Positions 51,311 to 61,986 of a stretch of DNA of 64,000 nt are shown piece by piece. The DNA is taken from contig NC_081376.1 of the NCBI RefSeq assembly GCF_030684315.1, positions 26,269,018 to 26,333,017 of the forward strand, given 5' to 3'. The position numbers and the translations under genes are program-made. Positions within the stretch are counted from its first letter, which is position 1, and every line of letters begins with the position of its first letter. The notes beneath the pieces are model-generated. The model searched no databases, was not told the origin of the DNA, and saw only the letters and a list, made by a program, of their open reading frames with translations. The stretch is from Stegostoma tigrinum. Taxonomy: Eukaryota.

Positions 51311-51693
51311 ACATCTTTGAGGAAGATTAACAGGTGGAACTAGGAATTGAGTTGAAAATTGGGATGTTGTTTGATCAGTTGTCCCACTTTGATGTCACTG
51401 CTGGGATCTTTCAGATGCTTCCAGCTCCTGGACTCAGACAGGTATCTGCACACCACCTCACAGTGATGTGCCAAAAGGCCATCTATGTTACCTCTTGATT
51501 ACACAACAATATTGACTCACTGTGATGTGATGGCCTTGAACAGCTGAGTTCACCAGACATCTTGTCGCAGCCCACCAACACCCCCAACCCCACGCTACTT
51601 TGGTGTCCGATCAGCTGTAACTACAATAATAATATTTTTAAATTTATTGAGTGATGTCTCCATTTTGATGTGTGCAGCTCACATTCTCCTACG

Positions 51694-51824
51694 ATAGTAA
51701 AATGTGAGGCTGGATGAACACAGCAGGCCAAGCAGCTCCTGAGATGCTGCTTGGCCTGCTGTGTTCATCCAGCCTCACATTTTATTATCTTGGAATTCTC
51801 CAGCATCTGCAGTTCCCATTATCT
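51694..51824. mobile_element. Minimal 131-bp Penelope-derived hairpin insert (no hammerhead) with 16-bp TSD
   Basis: ~43-bp arms, 9-nt loop tcctgagat, right tail; ctcacattctcctacg at 51678-51693 and 51825-51840. Confidence 0.95.
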
Positions 51825-52314
51825 CTCACATTCTCCTACGTTGTGTTGGCAATGCCAACATTTGCTGGTGTGACTCCTAGCCAGACATTGCTATGGGCCC
51901 TCACACTGGTGCCCCTGTTCCATTTGGGCATCATCATTAATTTGACCCTTGTGGAAAAAATTAAAATTGATGGCCCACAACCCCAATCTGGGATCCAGAA
52001 TTTTGGCCAATATCAGGACGATGAGCCATCCTTGACATCTCAGGCCAATGGCAATAAGATATAGATGTATCACTGATATAGCGTACATTGGAACCTGTTA
52101 ATGAAACTACCCAGTGTCCATTTCTGTATGAAACAATGAATTTGAGAATAAGATGGCTTTGATAAAGGTTGGCTAATCGATGATATTTTTGCAATAAGAA
52201 GGAAACTGAAATTCTAACCCATTGTATAACATTGAGCCAGCAAATTCAAAGCACCATTGTTTTAAATGTCAAACGTTATTTTAAATTCGAAACATTTGGA
52301 ACACAGCAGAAGCT

Positions 52315-52440
52315 TCTAAAGAAGGGTCCTGAACAGAAACTTCTGCTTTCCTGCTCCTCTGATTCTGCCTGGCCTGCTGTGTTCCTCCAGTTCTGCACTC
52401 TGTTATCTCTGATTCCAGCATCAGCAGTCCTTACTATCTC
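52315..52440 (+). mobile_element. Solo Penelope pLTR arm with tail (subfamily B, decayed)
   Basis: ctaaagaagggtcctgaacagaaac...tgttatctctgattccagcatcagcagtccttactatctc. Confidence 0.8.
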
Positions 52441-52768
52441 ACTTTGTGTGGAACGCTTGTGCACTGTGTTGCACAAAGTGATATGTTTAGTGGTTTTTGT
52501 AATGTTAGTCAACATTACATGTACTTGAGAGTCCAATTATTGTTGAACCAGATGTCTTGAAATTTATTAGCAACACTATTAACATGACAAAATTCATTCA
52601 GACTTGCATACACAGTCTGGGTTTGACATATACTGATATTGCTGTACATGATATACACATAGCTAACGAACTGAAGGCATCGTACTGACCTCAGGTACAG
52701 ACTGATTGAAAGTTTAGTGGGTACCTTTGTAATGAGACCTCGCATCTCATGGAACTGACTTCAAGGTA

Positions 52769-53066
52769 CAGGCCTATTGAATCTGGGATTTATGCTGTAA
52801 TACACCACAAAGAACAAAGAATGAATCTCCAGGGAGTATAGTGTTGCAAAAATTTTGAAGGATGTCAAGGAGCAACATGATGTTGTGATAGTGGTATAGG
52901 TTCACCCTCGGAAAATAAGTCAAATAAATAACCTTCCTCATCTCCATGTCACTTTTGGTATTGAAAGTGTTTAAAAATCAGCGACTATTGTCATAATTTT
53001 GTGGGAGACATTCATCTTTATTTACAATCACTTATTTGATAACAGTCATTACAGTCAAAGTGCTTC
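52769..53066 (+). repeat. Copy 1 of a ~290-bp local direct duplication
   Basis: Aligns with 54088-54375 (caggcct.ttga.tctgggatttatgctgtaa ... caaagt.ct.ca), with many substitutions. Confidence 0.95.
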
Positions 53067-53730
53067 ATTATATCTGAAGTGGAGATGCTCTGAGAGATGT
53101 GAAAATGTTCTATAAACTCAAGCCTTTTATATTTATAGTCAATAGTTGAAACGTGATATACACGGTGTTAAAGAGTCTAACACTGCTGCTGATGCAGACT
53201 TGCGAAATAATGACCTTTTGCCCTTCAATAACTGATGCACTGTATCCTGGGAATTATAGCATTAATACAGTGATATTGCCTCTGTTAGATGGAAAAGCAA
53301 ATTAAGCGGATGGTTATGTAATTGAATGTTGTCACTAGCAGGCAAGAGCAGGTCCTGTATTCACAAACCTAACTACATGGTTCATTAAATAAATGAACTA
53401 TATAAAACATTGTTCAAGATTGCATCCTTGTAAAATAACCTCTGTTTTCTCCGGCGCTTCGTTGAAGAACAGCTGCCAGTGTAAGATATCATGAAATGTA
53501 CTGAAGTTTTATTGTTTCTCTTTTTCAATGACCTGTGTATGTTGCTGTGATTTTTTTTCAGTTATGATAGAAAATCCTTTTGGCATAATCCTACACTACT
53601 GAAAGAAAACTAAGGGCTGAATCTTATGTTTTTTTGGCTGAGTTTAAGTTCTGTTGAGTTTGGAGTGTTATTTCCTTGAGGTCTAGAGAGTTCTCAATTT
53701 GCCTGACCAAACTTGCCTCATTAATTGCCT

Positions 53731-53903
53731 CAGAGATAATGGGAACTGCAGATGCTGGAGAATTCCGAGCTCTGATGAAGGGTCTAGGCCCGAAATGTCA
53801 GCTTTTGTGCTCCTGAGATGCTGCTTGGCCTGCTGTGTTCATCCAGCCTCACATTTTAGAACAGTACAGCACAGAACATGCCCTTCAGCCCACAATTTTA
53901 TTA
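53731..53903. mobile_element. Penelope insert: inverted tail joined to one hammerhead arm, 13-bp TSD, containing a 36-bp CR1 tail stub
   Basis: tcattaattgcct at 53718-53730 and 53904-53916; tail 53731-53766 reversed; arm from ~53769. Confidence 0.92.
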
Positions 53904-54087
53904 TCATTAATTGCCTACTCTGTCCCTATGATTTCTCTGTTGTCTGATTTCTGCTGCATTTTATCGCATACTCTTTGCAATGAAACTCACCACTCAGCAG
54001 ATATATGTCCAATACCAACATCCCTTGTACCCGTGCCAAATTTGAAAGGCCACTGTGTATCCAGGTTAAGTGTTGGCAATCTGGTGT

Positions 54088-54375
54088 CAGGCCTGTTGAG
54101 TCTGGGATTTATGCTGTAACACAACGAAGAACAAAGAATGAACCTCCAGGAAGTGTAGTTTTGCAAAAGTTCTGAAGGATGTCGAGGAGCAACATGATGT
54201 TGTGATAGAGTTGTAGGTTCACTCTGGGAAAATCAGTCAAGTAAATAGCCTTCCTCATCTCTATGTAACTTTTGGTATTGAAAGTGTTTAAAAATCAGTT
54301 ACTATTTTCAGGCAGACGTTCGTCTTTGTTTATAATCGCTTATTTGATAACAGTTATTACAGGCAAAGTACTCCA
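54088..54375 (+). repeat. Copy 2 of the ~290-bp duplication, inside the Harbinger element
   Basis: Aligns with 52769-53066. Confidence 0.95.
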
Positions 54376-54899
54376 CTGGCCATGTCATGGACTTGCAGCC
54401 ACGAAGCTATGACTGCCATGGCACATACTCACATGTGCAACCTCATTCACTCACTCTAGCCACTATTTAGCCACTGTGCCACACACTTTACCTCTCCCTC
54501 ACTACCTTCTGTCCAAACTGTCTAAACACCCTCCAAGTCAGTGCTCTCCTGTAGACCGAATCTTATCATTGATCAGTATGGGAATATCACATACAGGCAA
54601 GCAAATATGCACACAAACACAAATGAAATTTTATTTTCAGAATGCAAAAGGGAACAGAAACAAAGCTAAACATTTCCCTTACAGCTCCATCGAGCTTTAG
54701 GAAACATGACCAAAAACATGGGTCAAGGGTTGCCTTCTGGACCCCGGTCGATTCTACTTAAAGCAGCTCTCAATCTGTCTGGTTTGTGGTGACATCATAT
54801 AGGAACTCTGTCATGGACAGCTTTGGCTTTGTTCACCCCAGTGTCTTTATCATCCTCCATGGAAAACTGGCCCTGTTCTCTCAGTTTCTCAGCACATTG

Positions 54900-55227
54900 C
54901 CTTATTTCCTGCTCCATTTGTACAGGGCACAGCATATCAGAATGATGTAGCAGACGCTGTCTAGTCTATACTGGAGGGACCCCTTCAGACCAGTCCAAGC
55001 AGTGGAACTGCAAATTTAGGAGCCCGATTGCGTGCTGTCCTGGCACTGGTTGGAGTGTGGGCAGGATTATATCTATGTTCTGCATCAGTCAGTGGGTCGT
55101 GCAATGGTGTCATGACCCAAGGTCACAGTAGATAGCCCTTGTCCCATAGTAACTAGAAAGGTACCCGGATCCTCATAATACAGATCACCAGAACATTTGA
55201 GCAATTGAAACTCCTTCTTGTTGGAAA
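54900..55227 (-). pseudogene. HARBI1-like (PIF/Harbinger DDE) transposase remnant
   Basis: Reverse strand FPTRRSFNCSNVLVIC ... LLWDKGYLL*PWVMTPLHDPLTDAEHRYNPAH ... AIGLLNLQFHCLDWSEGSLQY...IILICCALY; compare LLGDKGYPL..WLMTP and FRCLDRSGGALQY. Confidence 0.88.
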
Positions 55228-55448
55228 TTTTGCAGAAACGCCTCATCTGAAGGAACCATCAGCTGTGGCTCCCACATGTGGAGGCTGTTCAGCAGCTGCT
55301 AGAGGTTGCTGCTGGTCCTGGGCTTGCTGGGGTATTTATTCTTCTTCAGTTTCTCTGTGCTGTGGCGACAGAGAATCCAATGGATATGATTGCAGTGGAA
55401 GGGTCTCCACGCAATATTAGACTAAATAGATCTTAGTTTTTTCTTCCT

Positions 55449-55803
55449 TATTCATTTATGAGATGAGGGTGTCGTTGACCAGGCAGCATTTAATGCCCAT
55501 CCCTAATTGCCCAGAGGGCAGTTCATAGTCAAACATATTGTTGTGGGTCTGGAGCCACATGTAGGTCAGACCAGGTAAGGATGGCAGATTTCCTTCCTCA
55601 AAGGACATTAGTGAACCAGATGCGTTTTTCCTGACAATCGACAATGGGTTCATGGTCATCAGTAGATTCTTAATTCCAGATATTTTTTATTGAATTCCAA
55701 TTCCACCAACTGCCATGGCAGGATTTGAACCCGTGTGCCCAGAACTTTATCTTGGTCTCTGGATTAACAGTCCAGGAATAATTCCACTCGGCCACTGCTT
55801 CCC
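55449..55803 (-). mobile_element. Full-length tRNA-derived SINE with a LINE-shared tail
   Basis: A box tggccgagtgg (55784-55794) and B box ggttcaaatcc (55721-55731) on minus; tail shared with the LINE ends at 5683 and 63260. Confidence 0.9.
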
Positions 55804-57137
55804 CTGAGGAGTCAAAGTTACTTTGAGTTAATGTACTGCAGAATCTTAATTTTCTTCAGGCTTAAAGGTTTGTTTGTGTGTTTATGTGTGTTATTTTCAA
55901 AAAGGTTAATTAAGCATATTGCATGTTTTAAATCATTTGTTTATAATTTGTGCATCTTTGTTTAACTCTTTTTTCCCAATAATCCATCATTTGCTTACTG
56001 CAGGAACCAGGCTGACTTGTTTCGAAAAATGTGATCTATAGACTAATACAGTTGGCAATATCAACTCCCATTAAAATTTAAATTTGATTGTGGCCAGTGG
56101 CAAGAGGGATGAAGGAAATAAATCAGTTCACTCACACTAACTTGGTTGTAAAAAGCGCCAGTCCTTAAACTGGAGTCCGTGTGTATGAAATTAAGTCACT
56201 GTATCTTATCATCTGCTCTGCATTTGCTTTCATCCTCGAGGACAAACAGTTCTTCGGTGCCTGAAATTAAAAGATGAGGGCTGGTCTAATGAGGAGAGGG
56301 AAGAATGGAAGAAGGGCATTGTTACAATGTATGCAATTTATGAAGCAGAGGGGATGAGACATAAGTGAGAAGTGATATGAGAAAAGGAGGATTAACTATA
56401 CAGAGAGCTTTTGTCCTTCTAGTCTCATCAATGACCATGCGTTCAGTTATTCCTTTCCCAAGATGGTTAGCAATATCTGTTCAACGGGGGTTGCACAATG
56501 CAAGTGGACTTGTTCTCCTTCAGTTCTTTCTTGTTACTTGCTGTCATGCATCACCTTCTGCAAAAGAGGGGGAGCTTCATCAGTAAATGTCGTAAATTAT
56601 GTTTGGATGACGGTTGAACAGTTGTTAGGAAGTGTGAACATGTGTAATGTTTGTAACAATGTTAAGAGGGAGAGGATGAGGTAAAGCAGGAAAGTTAAGT
56701 ATTGAATGATTATTGTTGGTAGACAGTTACTGGAGGTCAGAGGGTTCTACAGCGTAGACAAAGGCCCTTCAGCCCATTGAAAGATGTTAAGGATTGAATG
56801 GTGTATGAGGCTGTTGGTAGAATATGGTGCTTCAAGATGATCTCAGTTACTTGAACAATTTGTGTCAGATCATTAAGCGCCTGTCTGCATTGCATCCATG
56901 TTGTTGGAGGACCATTCTTATTATTGATCTCTACTGTTGGTAGGCTTTCCTTTGGAAATTGAACATGACAGGGAGGATGAAGAGAGGCCGCTCCCATGAA
57001 GTATGTTATCAGAAAGTTCACCCATTTCATTTTTTTTTTGCACAATCTGAGTAAACCTGTGAGGCAACAGTCAATATATTTGCCTGAAATTATCATGCAG
57101 GAAGCTATTCCATTTAAACTACACATTAGAGTTCCTA

Positions 57138-57349
57138 GAGATAGTGGGAACTGCCGATGCTGCAGAATCTGAGGTAACAGGGTGTGAAGCTGGATGAAGA
57201 CAGCAGGCCAAACAGCATCAGAGGAGCAGAAAAGTTTGACGTTTCGGGTTGAGATTCTTCTTCAGAAAATCTGAAGAAGAGCCTTGACCCGAAACGTCAA
57301 ATTTTTCTGCCCCTCTGATGTTGCTTGGCCTGCTGTGCTCATCCAGATT
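57138..57349. mobile_element. Palindromic Penelope pLTR insert (subfamily B)
   Basis: Centre cttcttcaga-aaa-tctgaagaag, tail on left, TSD cacattagagttccta / cacattcgagttccta at 57122-57137 and 57350-57365. Confidence 0.92.
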
Positions 57350-58582
57350 CACATTCGAGTTCCTATTTTACTTTCTTGAGTCTTAGGGTTCTGGAGCAGT
57401 CCTAATTGCCTTTGAGAAGGTGGTGATAAGCTACATTCTTGAACAACTTTTGTTGTGTGGAGTAGATATTATCCACAGTGCCATGTAGAGAGACAGGGTG
57501 CGCACGTGTGCACTTGTGATCATGTTTCTCTAAAGTGGGTGAAATGGATAACACAGCCCTTTGTAAAATACCTGTTTATTTGGTTAAGAATACAATTATA
57601 GGAATTCCTCTTATATTTTCTTATACCAGTCCTGAAGTTACTCTCCTGAAGCCATCGACCACGCTATCTGATTGCACTGTTCCGGACAATGAGAAATATC
57701 TTGTTGTGGAATATGTTATTTAGTCCCCTTACAATCCTAAAAGTAGTGATAATATCAATGTCCAATTTTCTCCCTTCCAGTGTGAACGCCCCCGGACTAA
57801 TGATGCAGCCAAACTGGAACCCAAGAAAGTTTTTTATCTAATGTGGCAGGTTAAAGCAGGTCTGGGAACAAGTAGACAATTAGACAGACAGACAAAAGCT
57901 TAATGCTTATAACTGATGAGGTTTATTCACCCAAAGCTGTTAGGTGCAATGATGAACAAGGCTTTAACAGGAATTATCTTCCAGCGTACATCTCCTAAAT
58001 CTCAACTCCTTCATGTCCTCAAACTGAACTATTCCACTCCTTATCTGTCCAGTGTTAAATTTTGGGTGTTTGTGACCACGGTTATCTAACTATAGACAGT
58101 TAAACATTTGTAAAGAATTTTCAGATAGCTTATTAAGAAGCAGCAATGTAAATGTGATAAATTAGTTAATTAGACAAAAATGATATGAAAGTTGGAAGAA
58201 TTGAGAATGGTTCCCTAATATCAGAGGACAAACAGGCAGTTGGATCATTTAAATTGTGGCATCCTGCTGTCCAGCTAAATAAGAAATTCCTCTCTGATTC
58301 TTCCTTCAATCTTTTAACGTCCACGTTCTACATGAAGAAGGCAGCTTCCTGATGAGGGCTATCCTCTGACACTGAGCACTTGTTAATGTACTCAATTTCT
58401 AGGGGCTGGTAGTTTATGCCATGTCAATCGCCCATTTGGATTCTTTCCAGTCAATGGCCATGAGATAACTTCTCATGATATCAAGATAAACATTCCCTGT
58501 TTATCCAACTTCATCTGAAGGTTAGTTTTCATTCTTTTTGCAACGGAACCTTTTACTTCCCTGAATAGTGCATTACTTACAG

Positions 58583-58760
58583 GAGGCACATAGTACGCAG
58601 TTGGCTGGATGAATGCTTCGAAATGTGGCATGATGTCAACAGCGTGGGTTCACTTTCCTCACCCTAAACTTCCTTACCATGAAGCACTGTCCTTTTCAAC
58701 TTTTCCCCTTGCCTGAGGAGTGGCCATGCTCAGAATAAGCCACCTCCAGTCAGCTCCTCT
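58583..58760 (+). mobile_element. Decayed tRNA-derived SINE
   Basis: ggcacatagtacgcagttgg...gtgggttca head followed by a ccccttgcctgagg core. Confidence 0.45.
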
Positions 58761-58859
58761 GCAACTGTGTTTACTTTGCTGTTCCTGCAGTTGAACATTT
58801 TGTGATTCATCGATGAGAACTCCTATTCGCTTAACCTAGCTATATTGGTCTGCATACTC

Positions 58860-59735
58860 GCCTATCTATCATTGCGTCTAGTGTAAATTGAATATATATG
58901 CCTTCACTCCTCTAATCAAAATCATTGAGGTAAATTATAAAAGTGTTGTGGCCCCAGCACAGACCTGTGCTGGACACTGCTCATCACACCTCGCCAACCA
59001 GGACAAGTCCTATTTTTGAAAACAGTTTTCTACCAGCCAGCTAATTGTCTTGCCATGGTCTATACCATTACACAATGAGCTCCTACTTTGTTCAATGTCC
59101 TTTTTAAGTGACATCTTGTCAAATGCATTTTGCAAATCCGAATGCAGTGCAGTACATTTACAGATGTCCCTGCATGTTATGCCTTATGAGAGTTCCAGTG
59201 CATTGCTTAAATATGATTCCCCTTCCACAAAATTGTATTGATTCTTCCTGATTATCTTGCGATTTTCCAAGTGTGCAGCTATAACCTTCTGTATGCTCCT
59301 TAATGATTAATTCTAATAGCTTCCTGACGACAGATGTCAAGCTAAGTAGGCTAGAATTTCCTAATTTCAGCTGCCCTCTTTTTGAAAGAACGGGTTACAT
59401 TTGCAACTGAGCTGTTTGATGCAACCTTCCCAGAATCTAGCAAATTTTGGAAAGTTAACGTCAAAGTAGCTACTAAGATAACACAGTGTGGAGCTGGAGG
59501 AATACAGTAGGCCAGGCAACATCAGAGGAGCAAGAAAGCTGATGTTTCGGGTTGGGACCCAAATTTTCTGAAGGGTCCCAACCTGAAATGTCAACTTTCC
59601 TGCTCCTCTGATGCTGCCTGGCCTGCTGTGTTCCTCCAGCTCCACACTGTGTTCTTTCTGACTCCAGCATTAACAGTTCTTACTATCTTTGAGTGAGTCA
59701 TACCAAAGTATCTACTATCTCTTTTGCCATCACTT
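58860..59735 (-). mobile_element. Old CR1 RT fragment interrupted by a PLE palindrome
   Basis: Reverse strand NPFFQKEG, LTSVVRKLLELIIK, DLQNAFDK, PAQVCAG. Confidence 0.8.
59476..59703. mobile_element. Palindromic Penelope pLTR insert (subfamily B)
   Basis: Arms meet at gggaccc-aaattttctgaa-gggtccc, tail on right, TSD caaagtagctacta / caaagtatctacta at 59462-59475 and 59704-59717. Confidence 0.9.
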
Positions 59736-61280
59736 TGAAGACTCTCTTCAGACTCTTAAGTGCTTCAGAACAACTTAATTTGGTGGCCACTCCCAGAAGA
59801 GGCAATGCAGACTCCTGGTTGCTATCTAGATGGCAGCTAACATACCCATCACCACTATTGAATCCAGTCCATGATTTAATTTTTTAAAATCCTCACAGAA
59901 CTTCCAAAGTACATTGAACTTTGGTATCAAAACTATAGTTTGAGCATTCATTGAGAGACTGTTATTGCCCTATCAAAAGCATCCCTACTTCCTTTGCCTA
60001 ATTTTTTGTATTTTAGTTGCTCCACTGTTTTTAGTTCTTTGTTCAGGTGAACTTCCCCATTTTTTCAGACCTAACGTAAGTTATGACTGGAAAACGCCCT
60101 TACCGATTAATTGGCACTATTTTTGAATAGCTTCTGACTGCCTAGACACTCAATCTACAATAAGTTGAGTACCTCAGTGTCTCTTGGTGGCCTTCCCAAA
60201 GGCTGCACGAGATCTATAGCAATTCTTTCAAAGGCTACCTCAGTTATGGGAGGAGAGATTAATGGATCATTCAGTACTATTTGTCAGTCTGGACAGAAAT
60301 TACAATACACTTGCATTTTGTTGTAAATTTCTAGTAGAAAGGATTATGATTTTCTCCTTTTTTTGTACATTTGTGTGCTGCCTCACAATTGTCTATACAA
60401 CAGATGTAACATTAGCTGTTGAAAGGGTTTTACAACTAAGTGATTTCATCTCCAATCTCTTTCCATGGTGACTGGTCTTCCTACATAATTCATTCTCAAC
60501 CGACCCTCTTCAATTTACCTTTTGTTAGCTGAACATGATGCAATTTGCCATTTTATTGAGTGTTCCGCCCTAAGGAAGATCTGATCCACAACTTCCAAAA
60601 GGTTAGGCCAAGGAGAAAGGACCTGAATCCACAAGAGCTAGAAATTCTTTGCACTTGGCTCCAATCTGATATACATCAACCATCCAGCCAACTAAGTTAA
60701 CTAGTTGCCCCATGGAGTCCATGTTGCTGTGGCAACATGCACTTTTACATTTTATTGTATCCTGGACCTACAGGTAGTAATGGTAGATTATGTACACCGC
60801 CTCAAAGTATTATCCTATTGAGGGCTCTCAAAAACCTATGGCTGACATATTGTCATTCTCTCATTGTTACAGTTTTTCACATACATCATGTGGCACAATG
60901 TGATCATTTTAATAAACTTGCACCAAATCTCTAATGTTCATGACCTGTTTGAGGTTAAAACAAGCAAAGCATGATTCAGTGTAGTTAATTTATACTTTTT
61001 TTGTTGCCCAGAAAATTAATTGTAATTGAGTGATGATCTGTTTGAAGTAGGATGGATTGGAAAGGTGAGCAAACCAGTGTATACAGATAACTTTGTATTG
61101 AGTTAAATCCTTGAAGGGAATTAACGTGCTTTCAGGCTTAATATTGCTGTTGCCTTGAAAATAGGTAATTACTAAGTGTATCAGAGATAATGGGGACTGC
61201 AGATGCTGGAGATTCCAAGATAATAAAATGTGAGGCTGGATGAACACAGCAGGCCAAGCAGCATCTCAGGAGCACAAAAG

Positions 61281-61312
61281 CTGACGTTTCGGGCCTAGAC
61301 CCTTCATCAGAG
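61281..61312 (-). ncRNA. Minimal type I hammerhead ribozyme motif (intact core)
   Basis: CU-CUGAUGA-A-GGGU(CUAG)GCCC-GAAAC-GUC-AG; same motif at 47346-47377(-); variants at 48192(+), 53772(+), 62622(+), 31114(+), 57271(+). Confidence 0.8.
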
Positions 61313-61986
61313 AGGGGGATGGGGGGAGGGAACTGGAATAAATAGGGAGAGAGGGGGAGGCGGACCGAAGATGGAGAGTAAAGAAGATAGGTGGAGAGAG
61401 TGTAGGTGGGGAGGTAGGGAGGGGATAGGTCAGTCCAGGGAAGACGGACAGGTCAAGGAGGTGGGATGAGGTTAGTAGGTAGCGGGGGGTGCGGCTTGGG
61501 GTGGGAGGAAGGGATGGGTGAGAGGAAGAACCGGTTAGGGAGGCAGAGACCGGTTGGACTGGTTTTGGGATGCAGTGGGTGGGGGGGAAGAGCTGGGCTG
61601 GTTGTGTGGTGCAGTGGGGGGAGGGGACGAACTGGGCTGGTTGAGGGATGCAGTAGGGGAAGGGGAGATTTTGAAACTGGTGAAGTCCACATTGATACCA
61701 TATGGCTGCAGGGTTCCCAGGCGGAATATGAGTTGCTGTTCCTGCAACCTTCGGGTGGCATCATTGTGGCAGTGCAGGAGGCCCATGATGGACATGTCAT
61801 CAAGAGAATGGGAGGGGGAGTGGAAATGGTTTGCGACTGGGAGGTGCAGTTGTTTTTTGCGAACTGAGCGGAGGTGTTCTGCAAAGCGGTCCCCAAGCCT
61901 CCGCTTGGTTTCCCCAATGTAGAGGAAGCCGCACCGGGTACAGTGGATGCAGTATACCACATTGTATACACAGTATACACATATTC

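Larger units (their letters stand above)
53614..55420. mobile_element. Internally rearranged PIF/Harbinger element
   Basis: taa|gggctgaatctt left end; terminal region homologous to 27200-27495(-) and 40797-41070; transposase remnant on minus; right end not found. Confidence 0.7.

Noticed and set aside
28218-59703. Short palindromes as MITEs of a DNA transposon
   Set aside because: Arms are the 3' end of a GIY-YIG retroelement, TSD length varies (11-16 bp), centres differ in every copy, and the tail is asymmetric
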